A stretch of 64,000 nucleotides of DNA from Gekko japonicus (GCF_001447785.1 NW_015167630.1:82560-146559), one strand, 5' to 3'; positions 48,246-60,060 are shown, counted from the stretch's first letter. Numbers and translations are program-made. The notes: generated by a model from the sequence alone, not told the origin.

Positions 48246-50466
48246 TACCTGTTGTTGTTGTTTTTCTTTACAAGATACCTTATTCATTGAAAGTGATGTC
48301 AACCCATATTTCTTTTATAGTGCAAACTCTTTAAAGGCTTTACAATAATTTTCTTAGAAAACAGTTGTTCAGAGCTTATTAACCAAGCTTTATCCTTTTG
48401 GTGAAGTTAACCAACTTATATTACTAATTTATAGAATCCAAGCCTTTGTATATGTCTTTTTTACCCAGTCAGGCTGATATCCTTTGTTTGCAGTCTTGGA
48501 AACCTATTGTTTATTTTTTTTACTCAGGGGTACTATAAAAGCATTTAAGCTCACTAAGGAAGGTAATTTACTTATTCTATGAAACTCAAAATTAACAATT
48601 GTTACCTTATCATGCTTTATATAGAAGAGGTTATATCACATTAGAATTTGAATCATTACATTGTTCATCATAGAGAAACTGTTTATTTCAACTAACAAGG
48701 GATGGGAGGGTGGGAGGAGGGTTTTTCCCTATTGCCCCCCTACATTATCTCAATTTTTCATTCTGTTTGTGTAATAATACATTTTTATAAGCTTTACCCT
48801 ATTAAATATAGGGTAAGCTACAATTAGATACCCTCTTAGGAGGAAGATATCCCCCCTTCTTACAATTTGGAAGAAGAGGGCATATACAGTTGATGCCATG
48901 CAACCAATAGGGTTGTCACGGCTTAGTTTTTGTTATTGTAGTTTATGTACTAGTTTTGATCCCTTGCTTATCTTGTTGTCCATATACGTCTTCTCCTGCC
49001 ATGAACGTTCATCCAAGATACAGTACACACTTGTGTTTTTCTTGATACCAAATGGATAATACCCTAAAAATAATCTCTTTAAATTGTAGGGGCTTAAATA
49101 GCAAATGCAAGTCTAGAAAAATTTCTAATGCCTTGGTGAAAATACGGCCTGATATTCTTCTCTTACAAGAGACTCACTTAAGACGTTCATCTCAACCTAT
49201 TTTTAAAAACAAATGGTTCGCTTACCAATACCAAGCGCATGGCTCCTCCTCATCTCGAGGAGTAGCCATTTTATTTTCTAAAAACACGTTCAATTTGATT
49301 GCCATGACCAACTTATAGATGTTAAGGGACGTTTTTTATTTTTAAAAGGTCTGCTGAATAACACCTTGATGACAATTGGATCTATATATGCTCCCAATGT
49401 AGGACAAGAAATTTGTTTACGTGAAACCTTTGTATCTCTTGGAAATTTCCAAGCACGACACATTATGTTGGGTGATTTTAACACAATCCCAAATTATTTT
49501 TTGGGACAGATCCTATAACCCCTCACTCCCGAAAAAATATAACGCGAATTCCAAATTTACATCGCCTTTTCAGTTAATTTTAGACCAACAGGGGCTATGT
49601 GATGTGTGGAGAATCCACCATCCCGGTATGAAAGATTACACCTATTTTTCCCCCCGACATCAGGTATATACGAGAATAGACGCTATTTTAGTTTCCTCGG
49701 CATTAATTAACCAAATACAATCCTCTGAAATTGGACTGCGCACCCTATCCGATCACGCCTGGACGGAATGTTCCCTCGACCTACAACCAAACGAACCACA
49801 CACCAGATCTTGGTCCTTAAATAAAAATATTTTATTCAGTCAAAGTGCTTGCGAGAACATAGAAAAATCTTTAGAAGAATTTTTCAAATTTAACAAATCC
49901 GATGAAGTCCCATTGCCAGTGATTTGGGACGCTAAAAAAGCCTTTATAAGGGGGAAATTCATCGCAGTCACAGCAGCTTACAATAAACAAAGAAATAAAA
50001 TAAGACAAACAATCTTAAACAACATCAAACTTTATGAAGATAAACATAAAAAACGGGTTCAAAACGCATTTATAAGCTCCTCCTTTTAGAACGTAAAAAA
50101 TTAGAATCACTTGAAACTTCGCAGGTGCAAAAACAATTATTATACTTGAAACATAAGTATTGGTTTAAACACCCTCGTTCCCTAAAACTTTTAGCTTCGA
50201 AAATTAAACAGCAACAATTACTTCGAAACACAAACTCATTAAGGGACTCCCAAGGGAAAATAATTACTTCCACTAAGGATATCCTTAATACCTTTCAACG
50301 TTACTTCCAACAATTATATAGCACCGATAACCCTTCTCCCACTCTTATTACCAAATTTTTAGAAACCAAAGACGTTATTAAAAAATTATCTCTTTACCAT
50401 AGTAAAAAGATGGAAGCCCCATTCACTCAACAGGAGTTATTATCTGCCATTAAACGCACAAAATCC

Positions 50467-51856
50467 GGAGTTTCCGGTGGCTGTGAGATTGCGCAGTCAG
50501 ACCGAGAGAGCCTCCGCGTCCTAGCTCCAAAGAATGCAAAATAAAGACTAATTGAGGACCATAAAGATAAAAACAACTTGCTGATAAGAATGGGGAAGCA
50601 AAGAGGAGGAAAAGGAGGGAAAGCAGCCAAGAAAAATAACGAGGGAGCTCAACAAACTGAGCAAACTATGCAACCATCGGATGATGACGCCCCCCCCCCA
50701 TTTGAACTCAACTCCGAAGAAGAGGCACCTAGCCGGCAGAGTAAAAGGAAACGTGAGGATTCAATTACCAAAAAAGATATACAGACTATGCTGGTAGAAA
50801 TGAAAAAAGAAATTAAAGACAGCATCACCCCTATCTATCAGAAACTGGACGCTATGAATCTCAGCCTAACAGATCTGCGGCAAAGAACTGATCAGGCACT
50901 GACGCAAACAGCTAAAAATAAGCAGGATATACAAAGCCTGAAGACCTTTGAGANNNNNNNNNNNNNNNNNNNNNNNNNNNNNNNNNNNNNNNNNNNNNNN
51001 NNNNNNNNNNNNNNNNNNNNNNNNNNNNNNNNNNNNNNNNNNNNNNNNNNNNNNNNNNNNNNNNNNNNNNNNNNNNNNNNNNNNNNNNNNNNNNNNNNNN
51101 NNNNNNNNNNNNNNNNNNNNNNNNNNNNNNNNNNNNNNNNNNNNNNNNNNNNNNNNNNNNNNNNNNNNNNNNNNNNNNNNNNNNNNNNNNNNNNNNNNNN
51201 NNNNNNNNNNNNNNNNNNNNNNNNNNNNNNNNNNNNNNNNNNNNNNNNNNNNNNNNNNNNNNNNNNNNNNNNNNNNNNNNNNNNNNNNNNNNNNNNNNNN
51301 NNNNNNNNNNNNNNNNNNNNNNNNNNNNNNNNNNNNNNNNNNNNNNNNNNNNNNNNNNNNNNNNNNNNNNNNNNNNNNNNNNNNNNNNNNNNNNNNNNNN
51401 NNNNNNNNNNNNNNNNNNNNNNNNNNNNNNNNNNNNNNNNNNNNNNNNNNNNNNNNNNNNNNNNNNNNNNNNNNNNNNNNNNNNNNNNNNNNNNNNNNNN
51501 NNNNNNNNNNNNNNNNNNNNNNNNNNNNNNNNNNNNNNNNNNNNNNNNNNNNNNNNNNNNNNNNNNNNNNNNNNNNNNNNNNNNNNNNNNNNNNNNNNNN
51601 NNNNNNNNNNNNNNNNNNNNNNNNNNNNNNNNNNNNNNNNNNNNNNNNNNNNNNNNNNNNNNNNNNNNNNNNNNNNNNNNNNNNNNNNNNNNNNNNNNNN
51701 NNNNNNNNNNNNNNNNNNNNNNNNNNNNNNNNNNNNNNNNNNNNNNNNNNNNNNNNNNNNNNNNNNNNNNNNNNNNNNNNNNNNNNNNNNNNNNNNNNNN
51801 NNNNNNNNNNNNNNNNNNNNNNNNNNNNNNNNNNNNNNNNNNNNNNATATAAACAT
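50467..51856 (+). mobile_element. Second L1-like element nested in host ORF2 (5' UTR and ORF1 start; remainder in an assembly gap)
   Basis: AAAATCC duplicated at 50460-50466 and 51857-51863; ORF MGKQRGGKGGK...DIQTMLVEMKKEIKDSI with coiled-coil character; host ORF2 rejoins as TKS|NKAPGRDG. Confidence 0.8.
50954..51846. other. Assembly gap (other gaps: 17934-18073, 25639-25826, 28593-28757, 35705-35720)
   Basis: Runs of N. Confidence 1.
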
Positions 51857-53781
51857 AAAATCCAATAAAGCACCAGGAAGGGACGGCCTCCCAATTGAAT
51901 ATTATAAAAAATTCACCTTATCACTTGCAACCCCTCTGTTAGAAATTTGTAATCATGTCCAACAAACTGGCAATATACCAGATTCCTGGACAGAAGCAAA
52001 GATCGTAGTTATTCCCAAAAAAGGGAAAGATGCCGAGATCCCTCAATCTTACCGACCTATTTCACTCCTTAATAGTGATTATAAAATTTTCACTTCTATG
52101 TTAACATCCCGTCTTAATAATTTTATCAGTCACTATATACATACGAATCAATCTGGCTTTATTCCCCAAAGAGAGCTTACTGACAACATCAGAAAAACAC
52201 TTGGTCTAATTTTTTATGCAAAACGATACTTATCAGACGTTTGTTTCTTAGCTTTGGATATAGAAAAAGCGTTTGATAAGGTAGAACCCTTATTCCTATC
52301 TAAAGTGATTAGTGCAATGGGCTTTGGCCCCAATTTTCAAAAAATTATCCACGCTTTATACAAACAGCCCAAAGCACACGTAGTTATTAACAATTCTTTT
52401 TCAGAAAATTTTTTCTTAACCCGAGGCACCCGCCAGGGGTGCCCACTTTCACCCTTTTTATTTGCCATTGCTATAGAGCCTTTGGCTAATATAATAAGAA
52501 ATTCTGATAATATACCAGGTATTAATATATCCCATCACTCTCATAAAATAAGTTTATTTGCCGACGATTTTGTTTTATATGTTAGTCAACCTCACATTGC
52601 TTTACCAATGATAGAAACCCACTTACTTAATTTTGCAACCCTCTCCGGACTTCATGTTAATCAAGCCAAAACCATTTTATACCCAGTAAATTTATCCCAC
52701 CCTATGAAGAACTTTATTCAAGAAAACTTTCACTACCAATGGGTTTCACAATATTGGCTATATCTTGGAGTCAAAATTCCCTTAAACTTAGATACGTTAT
52801 ATAAAATTAACTATACTGAATTATCTAACAATACCAATAACATTTTATCTCAATGGCAAGAAAAGAACCTTTCCTGGATGGAAAAAATCTTAATACTTAA
52901 AACATTTATATTTACCAAATTTCTTTACCTCTTTAGAGCCCTTCCTCTCCTGATACCACCATCGCAATTCACCCTTTGGCAAACACAATGGACAAAATAC
53001 ATTTGGAATCACCGACACCCCCGGGTTAAATACACCACTCTATGCCGCTTTTCATCTTTAGGTGGGTTAGCCTTACCTAATTTAAAATCATACTACGAAG
53101 CAACGATCCTCAAAATGGTGCTAAAAATTTTAAAAGCAGACCCCCAACCCGAATGGATAGGAATTGAAGAATTCTTTTTGCAACAATCCTCGTATATAAT
53201 GACCCTTTGGCAAAAAACCACAGAGAAAACTTATAATATTCAACAACACCCCTTTATGCTTTCTCTTTTTAAAATCTGGAACATAAAGCGGTGCATCCTT
53301 CTACCTGAATTATCGCTCATGTCTTCATTTTACGGTCAAACCTGGTTTCCTCTGGCATTCCCTCAAAATACCTTTTTAAAATGGAAAAAAGCAAAATTAA
53401 CTACACTCCATGATCTTACACGTAGGCAACACCTCTTAGAAAAAACCAAACTAGACACTAAAGCCCAGACGTCTTTACCATGGTTGGAATATCTCCAAAT
53501 CCGACACCTTTTCGCTACACCAAAATTACAAAAGGCATGCGTGACCCCGTATACAAATTTTGAGAAGCTCTTGGTTGCTACCGATGGTTCCTCCAAAAGT
53601 CTAATCTCTTCTATTTATAAAATTCTGTTGGACCCAAAACCCCATAAGCTTCCTACATACACAAATTCATGGTCAAAGGATCTTAGCACAAAGTTCGACG
53701 AACCCTTTTGGGAATCTGTATGGTCCTCATATGCCTTTAAGACCAAATCAATTAATGTGTTCCAACAGAATTATAAGATTA

Positions 53782-54694
53782 CTAGGGAGCAAGGCCCGTT
53801 GCGAAGGGCTATACAACGGGCGGCTAGCCCCCCCTCCTCGCGCCCTGCCCCTCTCGGCCGTGACCGAGGTGGCAGCCGCTGTTAGCCTTCGCACGGCGCT
53901 GCCCCCCCGCAAAATTAGTTATACTGTTACTGTTTCCAGTTAACTTCACTGACAAGCACAAGAGGACATCATAAATGGATTATAGGTAAACTAGGGAGCA
54001 AGGCCCGTTGCGAAGGGCTATACAACGGGCGGCTAGCCCCCCCTCCTCGCGCCCTGCCCCTCTCGGCTGTGACTGAGGTGGCAGCCAGTGTTAGCCTTCG
54101 CCCAGCGCTGCCCCCCCCCTGTCCTGACCCAGTTGGCTGCCGGGCTTAGGCTGCTGTCCGCCGTGCCGAGCCACTCGCGGCTCTCCTCCGCTCGGCTGCA
54201 GCCCCCCTCCCTCTCTGCGCACCGACCCAGGCGGCTGGCGGCCTTAGCATGCTGCCCGTCGTCCCCAGCCACTCGGACCTGTCGGGTCTCCTCCGGCCGG
54301 CTCTCGGCCCCTTCCCCTGTCTGGCCCGACCCTGGCGGCTGCCGGTCGACTCGCGCCTCCCCTCCGCCCGGCTCTCGCCCCCTTCCCCTCTCGGGCTCGA
54401 TCCAGGCGGCTGCGGTTCGACTCGCACCTCTCCTCTGCTCAGCTCTCGCCCCCTCTCCTCACCGACCCAGGCGGCTGCAGGTGTGAGCCTGCGGCTCGTC
54501 GTCCCCAGGCACTGGCGCGTCTCGGCTCTCCTCCGAATCCTCCGCAGGCCACGGGAAGCTGCGTGCACGGCGGGACTCAAACGACGTGGCCAATGGGATG
54601 TGGCCAAGCTGTTGACAGGCAGGCGAGCCGCCCAAACACTGTAGGGGCGCATTGCGTGCAGTTTGCGTCTTACTGCTTTATAATATAGGGAGGA
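53782..54694 (-). mobile_element. Non-autonomous Helitron with duplicated 3' terminus
   Basis: Minus strand 5'-TCCTCCCTATATTATAAA...CTAG-3'; inserted between A and T with no TSD; subterminal hairpin gcccgttg / caacgggc; removal restores ORF2 NYKIITRWYLTP. Confidence 0.93.
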
Positions 54695-56200
54695 TTACGA
54701 GGTGGTACCTTACCCCTTTAAAACTGCACAAAATTAACTCCTTCCCCCCTTTGTTGGAGAGGTTGCGGAAATGTTGGATCTTACATCCACTGTTGGTGGG
54801 AATGTCCGGTGGTAAAATCCTTTTGGCAAAGGGTACTATTGGAAATTGAGAATCTTACAGGATACAAAGTCCCTATGAAACCCGAGATTTTAATCCTAAA
54901 TAATTGGAAAGAGTTAAATATTCCCCAATATGGTAAGGAATTACTTACGATGTTATCGTCAGCGGCTAAAACTACAATTGCCCAACAATGGAAAGACACT
55001 CATACATTAAGTTTAAGTTCTTGGTTTTCTAACATTTGGAACCATTTATTGATGGATAGAATTTCAGACAAACTATCTTGTTTTGAATCCTCTAAACAAA
55101 TAGATACCTTCTACGGTAGATGGCATTCAATTTTGGATCACTTGGAATATATATTAGGACAACTTCCAAACTCGCAACAATCACAATATTTTTCTTTTAT
55201 TCGTAAACATTGGATACTGTAAAGGTACCTATCTATTGCCACTTTAACTTTGGATTTATAGAAGTGTTACTTACCTTGTTTTTAGAAAGAAAGTACAACT
55301 TCGGGATCAACATTAATTATTGTTTTGTTTGTTAGTGTTACTGCGTGTATTGTCACTGTTAATATGTTATTATAATGTTGATTGTGTTTACTTTTGAAAA
55401 TAATAAAATATTTTATTTTAAAAAAAATCTTGGGACTTCAGCAACAGCTCGGGGTCTCTAGGAATCTATAATCAGTCATTAAACATGTTTTGCTACAGCT
55501 GAAATCACATCAAGTGATGTCCTGTCCCTTTACTAAAGGGGAAATAGCCCTAACTTGTTCCTCATCCTCTGATGTGGCAGACCCAACTGCCGCCCAGAGA
55601 GTCCTCCTCTCCCCAGTACAATGCTGAGTCCCAAGACAACGGGCAGCATCTAGCCCAGCATCTACCTGCACCACAATGTGTGTTTCCTGTATGCGCAGAG
55701 ATAAGGGTGCCAGCTGTCTGGTTACTGGTTCTAGGATCCATGCCTACTTGGCCTCAGAGTCTTTGGGCCTTTCCTCTGATAGAAAGGGATCCAGGTCCAT
55801 GATAGCCAGGAACAGATATGCTTCCTCAAAGACAAACTGAAGAAGCAGAGGTGAAGAGCAATGGCCAGAATGTCCGACTGACAGGAAAACATTTAAGTTG
55901 ATGGGTGGTATGCATCAAAGCCCAACAATCCTTTCACTTACAAGTGGAAGTATGAGCAGCATTTCTTTTTTTTTAATTAAGATTTTTATTGTTGTCACAC
56001 AAAGAAGTCGACATAGCAAACAAGCCCCGTATATCCCATCCCCTCCCTCTTTCCTAATGTGTCCTTTTAGCAGAGAAGGAAAGAGAGAGCGAAAAAGAAA
56101 GTAAGGCAGGAGAGCCAGGTTAACAAAGCAAGGTGCAACATTATGGATTCAATTAAACAGGGAATAAAGGTGAGGAGATATCATTGCTCAAATAGGTACA

Positions 56201-56305
56201 GTATAGGTATCTGAAGAAGTGAGCCGTGACTCACGAAAGCTCCTAACCTGCCACAGATTTTGTTAGTCTTTAAGGTGCTGCTGGGCTCTTGCTCTTTTCT
56301 ACAAC
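56201..56305 (+). mobile_element. Penelope-like fragment with a minimal hammerhead-ribozyme core
   Basis: CTGAAGA-a-GTGAG ccgtga CTCAC-GAAA; 8-bp flanking repeat taggtaca. Confidence 0.75.
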
Positions 56306-56802
56306 TAGGTACAAGAATTTGTGCCAAATGGAGGTGAAGGTTCCGGGAGCTCCTGTCTGTTATATGCAATTCTCTCTTGTGTACAAAGGTCATTGACCCA
56401 GAGATCTATAGAGGGAGATACTTGAGAGTGAGGAGCATGTCTTCAGGAGATAGTTGATTCTGATATGGGCCCAGAAGCTAGTTGCATGAGGGGCATTTCT
56501 TAGCTATTCCTGGATTTAGAAAGTCATTATCCAGCTTTTCTTGGATGATTCAAGCTATTGGTTTAATTTATTTAGTTTATTAAACTGATTTATTTATCTG
56601 CTTCATTTGTACCCCACCTTTCTCCCCGAGGGGGACCTAACCTGGCTTCTGCCATTCTCCTTGCCTCTATTTTACCCTCACAACAGCAACCCTGAGTGGT
56701 AGGTGAGGTCAAGAATGTGTGACTGGCGCAAGGTCACCCAGCGAGCTTCCATGGCAGAAGGGGGGTTCGAACCTGGGTCTCCCACATCCTGTTCTAGTAG
56801 TT

Positions 56803-57387
56803 CAAGTTAGCCTTTATTGGCATAAATTGTCGATAAAGATTATACAATTTAAGAGCAGATTAAAAACACACCTATGAAAATACCATGTCTCTGGGATCCT
56901 TTGGCGCAGTTTTAAACCAGAGCAAAGAAACTTGGCCACTTTCTCATTAATGTCAGAAGTCATTTAAAAGTCGGTGTGCCTTAAGTGCATCAGGGCAATC
57001 CATCATGCTACTTAAAGTAGAATGTAAATATATATACCTTAGATCCACATACACGTGACAATGCAGAAGGACATGAGCAATTGTCTCAGCACATTTTTTT
57101 TTTGCAGGGGCAGTATCTGGCTGAGTGAGACATCTTGTTAAATCTGCCATATAAAATGGCGGAAGGCATAGCATTGCATGTAAACGCTCTGCGTTGCTGT
57201 GGGACTTGCAGGGAAGATAAATATGAGGCCATCTTCCCTGTGGTAAGGGGGGATCTCAAAACTCAAGGGGGAGCAGGCTTTTATTAGCTAAACTGTATAA
57301 TTTCTGGCACTCAGTATCTAACATCCTGTTTTTAATCTGTTGGAATGCAGCAACAGAGGGCAGCATAGACAGTGATTCTATAGAAAG
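56803..57387 (-). mobile_element. 5'-truncated LINE 3' end (RTE-X-like), inserted into a MIR/Squam3-like SINE
   Basis: ETIAHVLLHC..Y..LR zinc-knuckle-like motif; 15-bp TSD cctgttctagtagtt (56788-56802 / 57388-57402); host SINE halves at about 56590-56800 and 57403-57421. Confidence 0.7.
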
Positions 57388-59103
57388 CCTGTTCTAGTAG
57401 TTTCACTGCTACACCATACTGATGGAATGGTGTTTGCTGCATGCCCTTGCATGCAGAACCCTAGTTTTGCACAATCATTTCAGATCTGAACAGCATAATC
57501 ATTTCAGATCTGAAGATATGCAACTGTTTCAGTCAGTTGTTGCTAAGCCATTGTTGTTGCTGGTCTGTAGCAGTCCAACAGGAAGAGTGGAAACTGAGCC
57601 TCGTAGCAGGTTGGGTTTCAAGTACAACATGGCAGCTATAATTTAAATTATAAGTGGACTCACCTTGACTCTCAAAGGCCTGGCATGGTGGCCCATTCTC
57701 TCCTTCCAGAGGCTTCTTAGTCACCTGGCCTCTATGGAGGGAGTTCTGTTGCCTTTTTTAAAATCCACCTGTCTGGCAGAGGCCAGTGCTCTTTGGTTTG
57801 AGCTGTTTTTTAACATGGAAATTAATGTTTCTGTATTCATTTGAAAACCCTAAAGGGCCAAATGAGAACAGGGTCCACCATTTGAAGTCACTTGTGCCTG
57901 AGGCGGGGGGGGGGGAACTCCCTCATGAAGTAGGATAGCCCGTTTGTGATTAAAAGTGTGGGAAGCCTGATACTTTGGCTCTACTTTAAAAAGAAAAACC
58001 TTTTTTTTGCTGTTCTTATCTTGGGTTTGCGCAACCCAAGAACTTGTCCTATTGTACTGGTAGGGCAGGAGGGGGGAGGCTGTACTATTGTGAGCACATG
58101 AATGAAAAGCCAAACAGTTTGCATGTGCGTCCACGCCTGCGGTACCAGGGAGGTACATATCTAGGACAGGCCCTGTTCATTGAAAGGGGGAGAGGAGAGA
58201 GAAGGGCAGGAGGGGAGGGAGAGGGTGCTTTCAAGGTGTCTTCTTGCGTCAGAGCACAGCTGAATAGGAACACAGCCGGCCTGTCTTTCTGTGACACCTG
58301 ATACAATGATTTCATTGCATATTAACGGAGTTTTAATTGCCTGCTGTGCAGTCTCTCCGGCCATTTCACACAGTGTTTTCTTTGTATACATGAGCACTCT
58401 CAGGTGTGCATTCTTTGGACAGGCGTGACGTGTGAATCTGGTCATTCATGAATGCAGCTGGGAGCTGTTCTGGTCATATGGTTCATATGACATGGTGCTG
58501 CAGGCAGATTTGATATAGGTGGGGGATGACTGGGACGGCTCATGTGTCCCGAACAGTATCATACAAACCACAAGGTGCTTTCAGAATAATGTTATAGATA
58601 TAAGCGGCAATATTAAATTAGTCGCAGGAGAAAGTATAAATATGATTGTGGTCTGATTGGTTGCTGTCGAGGACTGAAGTATATGCGTGCCTGAGTACCA
58701 ATGAAGTGGTGTTACAGAAGCATAAAACAATGAATTTAAAAGCTTAAAAAAACCTCTGAAACCTATACGTTTTTTAAAAGTTTTTTTTTTTTTTAAGATT
58801 TATTTACAGTGAAGTCTACAAACCACTTTTCAGCTGCTTGGAACTGAACCCATAACTTTTTTTTAAAGTACAAAGCCTAATAGGCTTATATTAATCACAG
58901 AGAATCCTCCCAATGCTTTTTAAACAACAGTATTCCAAGGCTTAATTTAATTTTTCTTTAAATGAAGAAATGAAGTTTTCTTTCTTTAGTTAAAAAAAAA
59001 AGAATTGCCACATCATCATGACACTAATTCACTCTCTGAATCCTGGAGACCTATTTTATCTTCATTTCATACCATTCCTACTCACTGAATATTTGTGTTC
59101 TAG

Positions 59104-59275
59104 GAAACTGTGGAAGCCTTCTTAAAACATCCTTCTGTGAAAGATGACTCAGATCTCGAGGGACGAACATCTTTTATGTGGGCTGCTGGGAAAGGCAGCA
59201 ATGACGTCATCAGGACAATGCTGGATTTAAAACTGGACATTGATATCAACGTGGCAGACAAATATGGCGGCACGG
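59104..59275 (+). CDS. INVS: Inversin coding exon 7 (ETVEAFLKHPSVKDDSDLEGRTSFMWAAGKG...DKYGGT)
   Basis: tctag| acceptor, G|gtaaga donor, 172 nt. Confidence 0.98.
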
Positions 59276-59534
59276 GTAAGACATGAGGAGGGGCTTTCAA
59301 GAAGTTATTGGGAATACCGGCATTGTAAACACAGGCATGCTCCCGAATCTTTCAGAATCCACTAGATGGGACATTTAAAAATACATACGTTGATTGCCAA
59401 TGAGAAAAAGGAAGATATGTGTTGGGATGAATTGGACAGGCTGAGTGCAGAACTGCTTGGCTTCCTGCAGCTTCTCTTCCCAAGTGCTTGTCTCGGAGAG
59501 GAGCATGGGAGAGGTCAGCTACAAATGGGGAGGG

Positions 59535-60060
59535 GGGCTATATGACACCAAAGAAAATTGCAAATATGAACCAAAATATGTCAAATAAGTGTTGGAAATG
59601 TAAGAAACATGAGGGCTCATTTTATCATATGTGGTGGACGTTTGAAAAAGCGATAGATTTCTGATCAAAAGTTCATAGTGAAATGCAAAAAATATTTAAA
59701 TGTACATTTAAAAAAGAACCAGAGACTTTATTGCTAGGTCTGAAGTTGGAAGAGTTAAATGTAAAGAAAAAAACTATGTTTTGGTACCTGATAACGACTG
59801 TGAGAATGGTTTATGCACAATGCTGAAAGCAAGACAAAACACCTGAGATCGCAGAATGGTTACAAAAAGTCTTATTTATGGCAGAAGTGGACAAAATAAC
59901 CAGAAAGTTGAATAATAAAGAAGATCATGAGTTTTTTGATGAATGGAAGGATTTTAAGGACTATTTAGAGAGTAACTGGGATGTGAAGCAAAACTTATTG
60001 TATTTAGAACAATATTGATAGAAATGTTATCTTGTAATTGAAATTAGAAATATGAAACCA
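59535..60060 (+). mobile_element. Old L1 3' fragment
   Basis: CWKCKKHEGSFYHMWW Cys-rich motif with stop codons nearby. Confidence 0.75.

Larger units (their letters stand above)
49052..55222 (+). pseudogene. L1 ORF2 (APE endonuclease, RT, Cys-rich domain), disrupted by frameshifts and two insertions
   Basis: ISLNCRGLN, LQETH, GDFN, RID, SDH; KAPGRDG, LDIEKAFD, RQGCPLSP, FADD; CWRGC...HCWWEC. Confidence 0.95.
46410..55426 (+). mobile_element. Full-length L1 LINE hosting two nested insertions
   Basis: 15-bp TSD atcttgggacttcag (46395-46409 / 55427-55441); G-rich 5' end, ORF1, ORF2 (APE-RT-CCHC), AATAAA at 55402 and short poly(A). Confidence 0.96.

Noticed and set aside
47900-48420. CRISPR-like regularly spaced repeats
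   Set aside because: Eukaryotic L1 spacer; the intervening sequences are themselves duplicated and there are no cas genes.
50866-51894. Long 300-400 aa ORFs
   Set aside because: Artefacts of the N gap; the same applies near 17.9, 25.6 and 28.6 kb.
54033-54652. Pro/Arg/Ser-rich ORFs
   Set aside because: Chance open frames in the GC-rich Helitron body; no Rep or helicase motifs.
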